A DNA stretch of 64,000 bases from Octopus vulgaris (lineage: Eukaryota): positions 23,746,001 through 23,810,000 of the forward strand of contig OX597838.1 of NCBI GenBank assembly GCA_951406725.2, written 5' to 3'. Shown in pieces: positions 36,731 through 53,478 of this stretch. Position 1 is the stretch's first letter, and each line of letters begins with the position of its first letter. The notes under the pieces are model-generated. The model did not search any database and was not told where the DNA came from. It was given only the letters and a program-made list of their open reading frames with translations. A program made the translations under genes and the position numbers.

Positions 36731-38579
36731 CATCATCATCATCATCGTTTAACATTCGTTTTCCAAGCTAGCATGGGTTGGACGGTTCGACCAGGGTCTG
36801 GGAAGCCAGGAGGCTGCACCAGGCTCCAGTCTGATCTGGCAGTGTTTCTACAGCTGGATGCCCTTCCTAATGCCAACCAGTCCGTGAGTGTAGTGGGTGT
36901 TTTTTACATGCCACCTGCACAGGTGCCAGGTGAGGCTGGCACGGCCACGATACATTTCTGAGTTATTAAGTATTTGAGAAATAGCAATAATTTACTTGTA
37001 CATGATGAAATAATAGGGGTACCCAAAAGTTTTTGTCCTCCATGGGATTAATTACTGAAATAACTATGAATGACACACTGCCAGATACAAGAGATAATAC
37101 ACAATTTCTAAATAGTTCCGGTCCATTCAGCCTTGGCTCTGATATGATTGGCTGATCCATAATTCATAAGGGTGAAGAAAATGCAATTACTTTCCGAATA
37201 CCCTGATAAATAAATAAATAAATAAATATATATATATAATATCTTCATCATCATCATTGTATAACATCTGTTTTCCATGCTGGTATGGGTTGACTGGGGA
37301 CTGGCAAGCCAGGAAGCTGCACCAGGCTCCAATCTGATCTGCCAAGTTTTCTATAGCTGGATGCCCTTCCAAATGCCAACCACTCCGAGAGTGTAGTGGG
37401 TGCTTTTAACGTGCCACCAGTATGGGAGCCAGTCAGGCGGCACTGGCATTGGCCATGTTCAGATGGTGCTTTTTACGTGCTACTGGCACAGGAGCCAGTC
37501 AAGGCAGTAGGGGCTGGCATCGACCACATTCGGATGGTGCTTTTTACGTGCCACCGGCATTTATAAATTTAAGTCATAATGTATGGATTCAAGTAATTTG
37601 TTAGTACTCATAAAAATACGTTCCTTAACATATTGTTCTACAAAACATTTAAAATATATAATACAAGAGAAAATTATTTTTAACAGTAACTTTCGGTCAT
37701 CTGAGGATGTAGCTTAATTTCTGCATTATTTTGAAAGATTTTTTGCCTTCTGCAGTAATGCAAACATGTAAGTAATTCATTTATTATTAAATATAATAAT
37801 ATGAATTATATACATGCTTTAAATCATGAAACAATTTGTTGTGATATTGGAATTTTCTTATCTTAAAATTTCAACAAACCATTCCTGAATCATTTATGAT
37901 TAGGAAGCTCCGAATGACCCGTCCTTGTTTTAATTGTCCTTTTTTGTATCATCTAACTGTCCGGATGTTTTGTTGTCACCTGTTCCATTCTGGTTCCATT
38001 TTTTGTCTTCTTTATACATATGTATATATATACATTTGTGTGTGTGTATCTTTGTCCCCCACCACAGCTTGACAGCAGGTGTTGGTGTGTTTATGTCCCT
38101 GTAACTTGGTTCAGTTAGCATAAGCTCCAGGCTTGAAATAAAAATTAGTGCTGGAGACCATTCATTTGACTAAAATTCTTCAAGTTAGTGCCCCAGCAGG
38201 ACCATAGTCTAAGGACTGAAAGAAATAAAATAAAAATAGACATATAACCAAAATATGTATGTTAATCTGTGTATGTATGTATATAAGACTGTTTGGTGGA
38301 ACATTTATAATAGAACAAAAGAAGGTTCAGAATTGGATTTTTCGTACCATTTTAATTCTTTATTTCTTTCTTTATTCATTTTTGTCTTTCAAGTCTCTTT
38401 TTTTTTTTTTTTAATTTGTTTTTCCTTTTAATGTAGCAATTATTACAACTTCCACAACAGGTGCTCTCAGAAATAATGTAAACAGGAGAGGAAAAAAAAG
38501 GGGACAAACGGGGAAGGGGGAGAAGGAAGGAAGGAGTCGGCTATGCCAGGAAAGGGCAGGATTGATGACAAAAAAAATT

Positions 38580-38740
38580 CTTTAATATATATGTATATAT
38601 ATATATATACATGTATATATATATGTAACTCAAACTGTAAAATATGGCAGTAATATTGTCTGCATGTGTGTGTGTGCATACATACATATGTACACACATA
38701 CACAGACACATTTGTATACATATATATGAATGTGTATATA

Positions 38741-38771
<31 letters not shown>

Positions 38772-38857
38772 TATATATGTATATTATATATGCATATATA
38801 TAGATGTATTCATAGGTATACATATATGTGTCTATATGTGTATATATATATATATAT

Positions 38858-38888
<31 letters not shown>

Positions 38889-39251
38889 TATATGTGTGTA
38901 TATAAATATATATTTATAAGTATATATGTATATATTTGTTATAAGTACATATATGAATGTATAACTGTATGTATATATGTAGGTATAAATATATGTATAT
39001 TTATATATATACATACATACATATATATATATATAATGTATATATATATATATATATATACATACATATATATATATAATGTATATATATATATACATAC
39101 ATATATATATAATGTATATATATATATACATACATATATATATATATACATATACATACATATATATATAATGTATATATATATATACATACATACATAT
39201 ATATATATACATATGTATATATATATATACATACATACATACATACATACA

Positions 39252-39285
<34 letters not shown>

Positions 39286-39363
39286 CATATATATTTATAT
39301 ATGTGTGTGTGTGAATGTATAGATATGTATGTATATAGATGTATGTAAAGATATATGTGTGTG

Positions 39364-39404
<41 letters not shown>

Positions 39405-40223
39405 GTATGTATATATATCAAATATAAATTAGAGAAAAAACCCCACTTTTATGTGATTCAAACAATGATAGACATAAACCAAATCATAAATAAAAAATAG
39501 AATATATTTTTATAAAACATAACTAGATCACAAAAACTATAAAAATGAATAATCAATATAAAATAAGTAAAAAAAACTACGTACGTTTCATGGCTATAAT
39601 TAAATTCAAATTACAATTAAATAAATTTAAATTTAATCGAAAATCAATTCAATTAAAACTATATTGAATTGTATAATAGTGGTTTTTTCTCTAATTTATA
39701 TTTTATATATTTATATTGTGAAACTTAATAAATACTAAGTTGAATTTTTCCCTGTAAGTTTGGAGTTATACTCCCTAATATTATTATTATTATATATGTA
39801 TATTTATATATATATATATATATATACATATATAAACATACATATATATATATGTATACATATATAAACATACATATATATATATATGTGTATATATATA
39901 TGTATATATACATTTATGTATATATGTATTATATATATATATATTTATGTATGTATATATATATATATTATGTATATATGTATGTATATATGTATATATG
40001 TATGTATATATATATATATTTATGTATATATGTATGTATATATATATATATTATGTATATATGTATGTATATATATATATATTTATGTATATATGTATGT
40101 ATATATATATATATTTATGTATATATGTATGTATATATATATATTTATGTATATATGTATGTATATATATATATATTTATGTATATATGTATGTATATAT
40201 ATATATATTTATGTATATATGTA

Positions 40224-40259
<36 letters not shown>

Positions 40260-40430
40260 TATATATATATATTTATGTATATATGTATGTATATATATAT
40301 ATATTTATGTATATATGTATGTATATATATATATATTTATGTATATATGTATGTATGTATGTATGTATATATATATATATTTATGTATATATGTATGTAT
40401 ACATATGTATATATATATGTATGTATATAT

Positions 40431-40461
<31 letters not shown>

Positions 40462-40934
40462 CACACATATATATATATATGTATATATATGTATATGTGT
40501 ATATATATATATATATATGTAAGTGTATATATATATATATGTATGTGTATATGTATATATATAAATATTTCTGTACGTATATATTTGTAGATGTATATAT
40601 ATGTCTGTATAATGTATATATATGTGTACATATATGTAAATGTATATATATATATACATGTATATATATACATGAATATGTTCGTATATGTATATAGATG
40701 TATGTATATATATGTATATATATATATATGTCTGTGTGTGTGTGTGTGTATATATATATAGATGTTTGTAGATATATATATGTATACATAGATGTATGTA
40801 GATATGTATATGTACATGTGTATATATAGATGTACTTAAACCTATATATGTATGTATATATATATGAATGTATTTATGTGTGCTTAAATACATATGTATG
40901 CATTTATACACCGATAAATAAGTATTTTTACAGA

Positions 40935-40975
<41 letters not shown>

Positions 40976-41190
40976 TCATATACATACTCATGCAGATACA
41001 TATGTATTTATATGTATGTATATGTATATATAGGTATGTATTTTTGTGTATATATATATACATATATGCGTGTATTTATATGCACACATGCATATATATA
41101 AACGTATGTATTCATACGTATAGGTATTTACATATATATATATATATATATATATATAAATGCATGTGTTTGCATGTTTGTGTGTGTGTG
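38580..41190. repeat. Large compound TA-rich microsatellite field (interrupted at 39419-39790)
   Basis: Direct inspection. Confidence 0.95.
39419..39704. repeat. 24-bp inverted repeat flanking a partial hammerhead motif
   Basis: aaaatataaattagagaaaaaacc and its reverse complement at 39681-39704. Minus-strand GAAACGTACGTA at 39578-39589. Confidence 0.7.
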
Positions 41191-41906
41191 TGCATGCATG
41201 CGAGAGGTTTCACAAGTGTGCAAGTGCAGGCGCTCTTTGAGATTCTTTTATCTGTACCTCCCCTTCCCCTCATCTCTTTAAGTCACGGCAACTAAAAAAG
41301 GGACGGGGGTCAGTCAGAGAAAGAAAATCTTGAAGCATGCCCTCCTGCCTCGCCACCATCACTATCAATCACCACCACCACCACCACCACCACCATCATG
41401 CCCACCAATGCTGATGCCAACTTCAGGCCAGATATATTAAATATGGATTTCTTTACATTGGTACAAAGCCAGAAATTATAAAGGATAGGAGAGTTGCGGT
41501 GAGGGATAGTACATTGATCAGCTCTCCCTCTTCTGCTTTTAATATATATTTCTCGGTGTTAAACTTTAGTCTGTGGATCTGGGGTTATGAGTGAAAAATG
41601 GATAACCAAAAAAAAAAAAAAAAAAAAAAAAAAAACCCCGGCAAGACTGAAAAATTCCTGGCAGTAAATTTGAACTCACATCATAAAGATTACTGTTTTG
41701 TTTTTTTGCCAACCCACTGCTTGTATGCGTTTGCATGAACACACACAAACACGCATCGCATTCATAAACAAACAAACAAGCAGAAAAATGAATAGACAAC
41801 AAGAAAACAAAACTAAATGTGGGTGGTATTGTGGAGAAATATATAAATATGTTACATATATATATGCATACCATATATATATATATATATCTGTGTGTGT
41901 ACATAA

Positions 41907-41939
<33 letters not shown>

Positions 41940-41989
41940 ATATGTATATATATATATATATTGTTATATTTCGGAATGGTCATATTTAA

Positions 41990-42033
<44 letters not shown>

Positions 42034-42144
42034 ATAAACAAACTTAGCTGCCTGCTGGCAAATTTTTCTGTCTTCCAAAGGTAAACACTAAATCTCTGCT
42101 GCTATCACAGGTATACTGTGTTCAAAGTTGACTCTTAAGTCAGT

Positions 42145-42830
<686 letters not shown>

Positions 42831-43506
42831 TTATGTTTGTGGTTTCAGTCCTAATACCAAGAAATATGTTGTGCCCTTAGACTTGACACCTTTCTTCATC
42901 TTGCACCCATTCATTAAAAAAATGAACCTTAAAAGTGACAGAGTACCTGGTTAACATTAAGTTGGCAACATAAACAAGTCGGTGGAGTGGATAAAACCAT
43001 TCAGGCATGAAGAGGGATATATGCAGCATGTGCATATATGTTGACATACACACGCACACACTTATACACTCACATATACAGAGTACATGTGTGTGTGTGT
43101 GTATGTATCTATATATATATATCTATATATATATATATATATATAAATTTTTGTTTCAAATTTTGGCACAAGGCCAGAAATTTCAAGGGATGGGGAGAGT
43201 CAATGACTTCAACCTTAGTGCTCGACTGGTTCTTACTTTATTGACCCCAAAAGGATAAAAGGAAAAGTTGATCTCAGCAGAATTTGAACTCAGAACGTAC
43301 AGACAGATGAAATGCTGCTGAGCATTTTGCCTGGCATGCTAGCAATTCTGCCAGGTCACTGCTTTACACGCACACACACACGCATGCGCACACACATATA
43401 CACACACAGTGAATCTAAACATGAAGAAAGAGAAAACACAACAACGCGAGGACGTGGAACAAGTATAGTGTTATTGGACGCTCAGGAAAGGAAAGAAAGA
43501 AAGAGA

Positions 43507-43541
43507 ATTTAACGTTTCGAGCGGAGCTCTTCGTCAGAAAC
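43507..43541 (-). ncRNA. Minimal type-I hammerhead ribozyme motif
   Basis: Minus strand: gttt-CTGACGA-a-gagc(tcc)gctc-GAAACGTT-aaat. Canonical core with loop-less palindromic stem III AACGTT. Confidence 0.78.
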
Positions 43542-43593
43542 ATAGAATAAGGAAAGGTCCAAAGAATGGAAGACGGAGAAAGAAAATCACCAA

Positions 43594-43632
<39 letters not shown>

Positions 43633-43683
43633 TACACACACATATATATATTCATACACACACATATGTATACACACACACAT

Positions 43684-43717
<34 letters not shown>

Positions 43718-43752
43718 TGTATACATTTATATATAATATATATATGTAAATA

Positions 43753-43796
<44 letters not shown>

Positions 43797-44017
43797 TGTG
43801 TATACATTCATACGTGTGTATGCGCGTGCAAATATATATATTTATGTATATACATATCTGAAGTGTTTAGTATTATATATCCATTACAGCTAGTCTTAGC
43901 AATTGGTTTCATGCTGGGCTATAATTGATATATAAGGCTGTACACATTTGATAATATACCCACTCTATTGACTGTTATACAAGTACATCTTTTCCTGACT
44001 TATGGACTCTTAAACAA

Positions 44018-44064
<47 letters not shown>

Positions 44065-44384
44065 GTGTATATTTTAATGTATGTACACATTCGTGGAAGG
44101 GCATACACACACAACATATATACATATAAAACTATCTTTTTAACATTTAGGTAGATACACATTTAGGTAGATACACGTCCTGTTGTGAACCTTCACATGT
44201 TTCCAAGCCAAGTAAGGTAATATTTCCCCATGGCCGGACATGTTTTCACGGAAGACTAGAATCAAAGTACACCACTTGTGTGTGTGTGATAGGATTGCTT
44301 GCTCACAACTATTGTGTAATGCCAAGACAAGGAGACACAATCACAAACTCACACAGGCAGACACACGCATATATATATATATAT

Positions 44385-44590
44385 ATGTTGTTGTATTTAG
44401 GAACGGTCATGTTGCCAGTTTAGCCAATAAAAACACACACACTATATATTTGGTGTTAGTTTGCTTCAGCTTTAGTTTTTACATTAATCTTAATCTTATC
44501 TAAAGCTGAAGCAAATTAACACCAAATATATAGTGCTTGTGTTTTTATTGGCTAAACTGGCAACATGACCATTCCTAAATACAACAACAT
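44385..44590. mobile_element. Fold-back/MITE-like element with about 91-bp inverted arms
   Basis: 44385-44475 vs 44500-44590 with a few mismatches. The ORF track gives VVVFRNGHVASLANKNT on both strands. Confidence 0.85.
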
Positions 44591-44777
44591 CTGTTTCAAC
44601 ACACGATTTCACATCAAGAATCTTGCAAAACAAATATATATATATATATATATACATACATACACACAAGGTTTTGGTCAGCCCTGGGCTATAGTACAAG
44701 ACACTTGCTCCAGTTTCTGCACAGTAGGACTGAACCAGAAACTTAATGGTTGGGAAGTGAACATGTATGTGTGTATA

Positions 44778-44818
<41 letters not shown>

Positions 44819-45058
44819 CATATATGTATGTATGTATCTATGTATATTTAATACACATTCTGAAAGATCTATTAATAGTTACATGCTTTAATGATACTTT
44901 AGACAGGCATACCTATAAAATATGCCTTCTCCAAGGAATCAGTCAAGCCTCTGTATATTTTAAAAACTAAGATGCTGGAAAATGAGAAAATAAGGGAACA
45001 CTAGAAGAAAAACATCATCTATAAATTATATATATATATATATATATATAATAATAAT

Positions 45059-45254
45059 ATGTTACGATTACTCAATAGTCAAGATAAAACTGAGTTTCAG
45101 ATGCCGAAGTGGAAATCCACAACACCATCTCTTCGGTTATCTGGCCATCTTTTTTCAGATGGCCGGCCAGATAACCGAAGAGATGGTGTTGTGGATTTCC
45201 ACTTCGGCATCTGAAACTCAGAGTTTTATCTTGACTATTGAGTAATTGTAACAT
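45059..45254. repeat. Near-perfect inverted repeat, about 88-bp arms, with a hammerhead-like motif in each arm
   Basis: 45059-45146 vs 45165-45254 differ by one 2-nt indel and one mismatch. Confidence 0.92.
45169..45231 (+). ncRNA. Type-I hammerhead-like motif (U4C core variant), mirrored on the minus strand in the left arm
   Basis: agataa-CCGAAGA-gatg...catc-t-GAAACTCAGAGTT-ttatct. Perfect 6-bp stem I; shares GAAACTCAGAGT with the motif at 2710. Confidence 0.55.
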
Positions 45255-45330
45255 AATATTTTTGTAGATAAATTTCCTCTATTTACACAATATTGAGGTC
45301 TCTTTCTTTCTTTTGTTATCTTACCGTTTT

Positions 45331-46580
<1,250 letters not shown>

Positions 46581-46830
46581 ATGATAAGTAAGAACTCAGA
46601 GGATGTATAAATAATAGGTACATACGATAAGTGCTCAGTCTGAACCAAGTGCCTAAGTTCTGACATGAAGTGCAAGGATGCGGATGCAGGATCTGCATAA
46701 ATAAGTTGGCTATATGCAATAAATTGGTTGAGCTGATGTGGCTGTAATAGGTGAAAATGTGAACAGGTAGTCATAAGGTATCACAACAATTTATAACAGA
46801 CATTGTCAGTCATATATATATATATATATA

Positions 46831-46875
<45 letters not shown>

Positions 46876-49234
46876 GTGTATATATATTTATATACATATA
46901 TATGTATGTATATATATACATATATATATTATGGACTCTCCTGTTGTTAGATGACAGATCAAGGGGTTCTGCAATTTCTTGCTGAACAACTATACAGGTG
47001 GTTTTAAAGGGGTTAAATATCTGTGTTTTACATAAGCTCACTCCCTCCATCACCATCAAATTGACATTGCTGGTACAGGTGCACAAGTGTACCATGTATC
47101 AGGTGTCGAAATGATTGCAAAGCAACATGAAATGAAGTGGAGTTTTTTTTCTCTCAAGAAAACAAAGTTGTTGCCGCCGCTGCCTGGCCTAGAAATTGAA
47201 CCCACGGTCTTAGTAATTGTGAGTATAACACTCTAACCATTAGGCCATGCACCTTCACACACTCACTCATACACACACATATACACATGCACATACACAC
47301 ACAGACACCACTAATGTAGCTAGAGTGTGTACTGCCTGGGGTGGCCCTTCATTTTGCCGCTCTTGAGCCCACACAAAAAATACATATTACCTACAGCAGA
47401 CCCAAAAGTAGTGCCACCCAGGGTGGACCACCCCCTCTAGCTATGATAGTGATACACAAACACACATATATACATACATACAAATGTATATGTAAAGTCT
47501 CTTATATATGTATTACATATACACATCCATATATATGCATATTTATAGATATACATATATATATATATATATGCGTTTGTATATAGTTTTAAACCTCATC
47601 AAAAGCAACTTAATACATCACCATCATCCACCAAATCCCTTTCTAGAATTGTATGTGCTTTTGTTGTTATTTTATTTTATCATCTCAGCGTGGACCCTCA
47701 TTGGTGGTGATGTAGGCAGTGTCGTGGGCTATTTCATGTGTTTTCACAGTGCTAATTTATAGGGTTTAATTGTTTCGGGTTGGCCATTGAAGCAGTGTCC
47801 TTCAGATGTGGTGATGGTGGTGGTGGTGATGATAACAGGCTACATGTTAAGTTTTCATAGCATTAAGTGAAGATAACTTGAATTTGTAAGGGAACTGAAT
47901 AAACAGGGCTCTTCACAAAGGAGAGAGTGGAGGAAGTGTCCACTTCATACATCTTTCATAATACTAAGTTATGGGTTAGATTGATACAAGGGACAGTGAT
48001 CTAAGAAGGGTCACTTATGAGTGGGGTGGGAATAGGCAATTTTCCTGATATGTTTTTCAGTTCAAAGTCTGAGGTTTAAATTGTATAGGGATAATCATGA
48101 TATTGATAGGGCCATCTAAGGGTAGTAGTAGATTAGTAGATGCTTCATTTGTTTTTTTTTTCATAGTGCTAAGTCAAAATATTAAATTACTAAGTGATAC
48201 TGACCTAGATGGTGTCTAAAGTAAGATTGGGACTACCCTTAATCATGTAACACCCAGGTTAAACTGGTAAAAGATCTATGATTTAGACAAGGCTTTAATG
48301 AGGTATGATGGCTTAAACCATATGTTTCCATAGAGCAAAGTTATATGATTAAAATGCGATGAAGTTGATCGCAGTAGCATTCTTTAGAGCTTGACCTGTG
48401 TCCATCTAGGCAGTAAGCTGATCAAATAATATCAACTTTCTCTCTCTCTCTCATCCCATACGAGGGTATGCTGCTAGTCTTTTTTTTTTTTGGCTTTTTC
48501 CCCAAGACTATTCTAACAGGGATTTGACTCAAGGCTTATAGCCATCCACCAACCAAATACTCTTTCTGAACAACACTCTTCTCTCGAAGTGTTTCCTTCA
48601 ATCCCCAGCAGCACAAAAGCAAATCTAAGCAGTATTTGAACCATTGAACCTTGTATTCTTGTCATTGTTATTGTTAGCAATACTTTTATGTTACTGAAGA
48701 CTGTATCTTTGGATTTCTGCCAATATCAGCTTTAAATTTCCCATGCTACTGAGGCTTCTTCAAATGGCAGTTAGTCCCCATGAAGGGGAAAATAGGTTTT
48801 TATTTCCAGTTTTTGTGTAATGAATATAAAGACATTACACATAAGATGGGTAACCAGTATGTAGTGTCATATGCTTTCTGTGTCACTAATCTGTCCCCAT
48901 GCAAGTCACTTCAACACAAAAATCAATTCACATCCTAATTTACAGAGGAGTTTGTAAAAACATATTTCTTTGTATTATTTCCTACCTTTTCTACTAATAT
49001 TTCAGAGAAATCCAGAGAGAGAGAGAGATTCCCTCTAATGGAGCCTTGTTAATATTGGGTAACATTAGAGTGACACCATGAGTTCCTTTGTCCTCTCTAA
49101 GCATTAAAAATGTATTTGGTCCTCTTGATACCAATCAGTCAAAGGCTAATACTACTCTGCTAATACAAAACTGATCATTTCGAAACTTTGAAATTACATA
49201 TTTTAATTAAAACCCTCTATCATAATTTCACATA

Positions 49235-49620
49235 AATCCTTTTGTTATATTCCAAATACCATCTTGATATACCAATATACATGTATCTTTTCGTTATATT
49301 CCAAACACCAATTTAATATACCAATATACATTTGCATTTTGTTGTGTTCCAAACACTGTATAAATATACCAATATATATATATATATTTGTCTTTTATTA
49401 AGTTACATTCCAAATATCATCTCAATATACCAATATACAATTGTCTTTTGTTATGTTCCAAAAACCATCTTAGTATACCAATATATATTATATGTCTTTT
49501 GTTACATTTCAAACACCATCTTAATATATACCAAGATATATTTGCCTTTTGCTATGTTCCAAACACTGTCTTAATATATGAATACACAATAGATTTTCAT
49601 TAAGTTATGTTCAAGATACC
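49235..49620. repeat. Degenerate minisatellite, about 48-bp unit, about 8 copies
   Basis: Recurring tttgttat(a/g)ttccaaa(c/t)accatcttaatataccaatata. Confidence 0.85.
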
Positions 49621-50479
49621 AGCTCATTGATGAAAAGAAAAAGTTAGTAATTCTACTATTCTACTAAATCCCTCCATATTCTTGTTTCAAAATTATGCTT
49701 TTTTTTTTCCAAAATTAATTGAAATATAGACAGTGCATTTCGTCAGAAATATGGCCATGAAAAGGGGAAACAAAATAGTCGTTAATGATACAGATGTGCT
49801 GTCTACATCATTAAAGTTATTTTAGTATTTTACACAAACCAAGGTGTGTATAAAAGATACATGAATATGAGTGGACAGGGTGAGGTTGGACATGACAGGA
49901 TGAAAATGTGATTGTGTGATATTCATCCCTTTCTAAAGGGAATTATTTAAGTGAAGTGAAATAAACCATCTCCTCATGATTCATTCATATTAACCACAGT
50001 ATTTGTAGTGAAGGAATTAGTTCTGTAACCATAGTGGATTTCTAGGAGAGGCAGTTGACCCTCATCTCTACGACAGTTTTCATAAATTTTCTTTTTATGA
50101 CTTAGTCCGAGGAGGAACTACTATACCCCCCTATAACCGTTTCCAAAGCCTCTGTCATTGCTGGGTGAGAATGAGTTATCTATCCTTGGATTGATGGTTT
50201 GGCCTGAATGCTTGCAGCAGAGTGGAATCCTGCTAAAGGCATCCAGGATTTCAGTTGGCGGTGCTAAACCATGTGTCTGGTTCACTCTAACATTTCTTAC
50301 TCAGGGTGTTGATCCGAGAGAAGAGTAGACAGAAGTCACTTCGTTTCTCCATCTCCACAAGAGAGGAAGGACTTGTTCTTTTCTACTCAACACTGCAAGC
50401 CAACAGAACACCTAATGTCACAGTTGTTCTGTCACTGCTTAGTTCAGCAGCAAACTTGCACTCCATCAGTTACAATGTG

Positions 50480-50793
50480 ATGCAGGTCCCAGTTGATCCA
50501 ATCAATGGAACAGCCAGCTTGTTAAATTAACGTGCAAGAGTCTGAGCACTCCACAGACACAGATACCCTTAATGTAGTTCTCAGGGAGATTCAGCGTGAC
50601 ACAGAATGCGACAGGGCTGGGCCTTTGAAATACAGGTACTGCTCGTTTTTGGCAGCTGAGTGAACTGGAGCAATGTGAAATAAGGTGTCTTACTAAAATA
50701 TACAATGCACCATCAGGAATCAAATTAACCAGGAATTGAACTGACCTTACAGTTGTGAACTGAACACACCGAACCACTTAGCCATTCACCTTC
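50480..50793 (-). mobile_element. tRNA-derived SINE family D (related pieces at 16790-17080, 25390-25775, 31560-31810, 47085-47256)
   Basis: Body shared with 16820-16942; tRNA-like head with A/B boxes and a tgctccagttcactcagctgccaaaaa core shared with 31672-31700. Confidence 0.75.
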
Positions 50794-51169
50794 ACTCCCA
50801 GCAACAAACTACTAAACCAACCATGCTACACTGCACAAAACTACACCAGCTAGGTGAACTCGGCCATTGGAAACAAAGTGTCTTGTCCATGGAGACTTCC
50901 GAGCATTCATGTACATTAGGGCTTCACCAGGTCTAGCTAAACCTAGCGCTGATGTATAACCATAAATTTTATGTTGCACCATATTGATGGGAGCAAAAGC
51001 TGGTAGTTATAAAAGCTATCAACCGGCAGGGAGGAAATACTGCATACTTAAAAGTACACCGGCCAGATGTGTATACATGCAACTGGTTGGTGTTTTAAGT
51101 ATTGATTTCTTCAAAGGTAAATATTTGTATATAAGCAAAGAGGTATTTGTGTATGTGTGTGTGTGTATG

Positions 51170-51200
<31 letters not shown>

Positions 51201-51319
51201 GTAAATTTAAGTCACAATATATGGATTCAACTAATCCAGTGGTACTCATATAAAAAACTCCTTAATGTATCATTCTACAAAACACATGTAGCATGATACA
51301 AAAGAAAACACTAGGAGTC

Positions 51320-51530
51320 TATAAAGTTATAAATAACAAGAGAAATACACTATGATAAAATTTATTTAATCATTGGAAATTGTTATTCAAAAACAATTGT
51401 TTCGTAGCTTAATAAAACATGTATATACATGTTTTATTAAGCTGTGAAATAAATTGTTTTTAAATAAGAATTTCCAATGGTTAAATAAATTTTCTCATAG
51501 TGCATTTCTCTCGTTATTTATAACTTTATA
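51320..51530. repeat. Imperfect spacer-less palindrome, about 105-bp arms
   Basis: Centred on catgtatatacatg (about 51425). The left arm holds the hammerhead 3' half GAAACAATTGTT on the minus strand. Confidence 0.88.
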
Positions 51531-52229
51531 TATATATAGTCAGTGAACCCCTATTTGCTTAATCAACTCCAGAGTGATGCAATTCAAAGTCAGCCCTTAA
51601 GCCCTTAAACCCATGATTTGAATAGTGTTAAAGGGCATTTTTAATTCACTACTGTATTGTGTCTGTATGCAACCCCACTACTTCTGACCAAACTGTAATG
51701 TCAAATATCCTCTCTGCTACCCTTTTCCTTCCAAATATCTCTTTTAATTCTCAGAGATACAAAAGCAAATCTAAGAAGGATTGAACCATTAACCCTTTAT
51801 TAACATATTATTATTATTTTTAGCAATATTTTCATGTTACTGAGGACTGTGCCTTCAGATTTCTTCCAGTATCATCTATCATTTTCCAACTCAGTTGAGT
51901 CCCCATTGAACTATTGATAATCCCTGTAAAAGGAACTTTTTTTTTTCCTGATTTTAATTTGTACAGCAACAGCATGTGTAGATGTGACAGGATACAGTCT
52001 ATTGGATCCATCTCAGTGTATAACTGGTATTTATTCTACCAACTTAGTTTTACATTCCCCAAGAGAAATGAATGAAAGGAGAGAGAGAAAGTTATTTTTT
52101 TATAGAAATTTCAACAGGAGTCATTATAGCAGCATGACCTTCCTTTTCTAAGTCTACAAAAAGAGGGAGAGAAGAAGTCCTATTTTGACATTACATACTA
52201 CAAACAGAAAAAGAAAAGAGAAAAAATTT

Positions 52230-52582
52230 ATTGACCCCAAAAGGATGAAAGGTAAAGTTGACCACGGCAGAATTTGAACTCAGAATATAGGGGCAGACAA
52301 AATACTGCTAAGCATTTCATCCAGTGTGCTAATGGTTCTACCAGCTCACCTATTTCTTTACTACCCACAAGGGGCTAAACACAGAGGGGGACAAACAAGG
52401 ACAGACAAACGGATTAAGTCGATTACATCAACCCCAGTGCATAACTGGTACTTAATTCATTGACCCCAAAAGGATAAAAGGCAAAGTCAACCTTGGCGGA
52501 ATTTGAACTCAGAATGTAATGGCAGACGAAATACAGCTATGCATCTCGCCCGGCATGCTAACGTTTCTGCCAGCTCGCCGCC

Positions 52583-52618
<36 letters not shown>

Positions 52619-53220
52619 TCTACTATAGGCATAAGGCCTCAAATTTGTGGGGAGGGGACTAGTCAATAACATCGACCCCAGTGTTTCATGGTGCTTAATT
52701 TATCAACCCTGAAAGGATGAAAGGCAAAGTCAACCTCAGCGGAATTTGATCTCAGAATGTAGCGGTAGACGTAATACTGCTAAGCATTTTGCCTCGTGTG
52801 CTAACGATTCTGCCAGCTTGCCGCCTTGATAATAATGATAATAATAATCCTTTCTACTATAGGCAGAAGGCCTGAAATTTTGGGGGAGGGGGCCGGTCAA
52901 TTAGATTGATCCCAGTATGCAACTGGTACTTAATTTATTGACCTCAAAAGGATGAAAGGCAAAGTCGACCGTGGCAGAATTTGAACTCAGAATGTAGCGA
53001 TATGGGCAAAATACTGCTAAACATTTTGTCCAATGTGCTAACGGTTCTGCCAGCTTGCTGCCTTGATAATAATAATAATAATAATAATAATAATGGCTTC
53101 AAATTTTGGTACAAGGTCAACAATTTTAACAGGAAATTGCAAATCGATTACATTGATCCCTCATACTTGATTGGTACTTTATATCTATCAACCCTGGAAG
53201 GATGACAGGTAAAACCGACC
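52230..53220 (-). mobile_element. Head-to-tail cluster of 4-5 family A SINEs
   Basis: Repeated aaggatgaaaggcaaagtc.acc...gaatttgaactcagaa units separated by (AAT)n. Confidence 0.9.
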
Positions 53221-53478
53221 AATTTTCCTTAGATACCCTAATTTCATGCAATATTGAATTTGTGCCCCCCACATCCCAATCTAGTATAGATCTTACAGAA
53301 GTAACCACTAGATGTTTAAATGTATTGATTATTTCCTTATAGGGTTGTTTTCAGGTTTGTAGCCCTGTTTTTTAGAAATACCCTCTTAGATATTTAAATG
53401 CATTGCATGTATTCTTATAGGTGTGTGTGTGTGTGGTCAGGCCTCTACCCCTAGTTTTTTTAGTAATGCCCTCTATAT

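Noticed and set aside
48270-48320. DLDKA(F) reverse-transcriptase-like motif
   Set aside because: Needs a frameshift and has no supporting flanking motifs that I could read.
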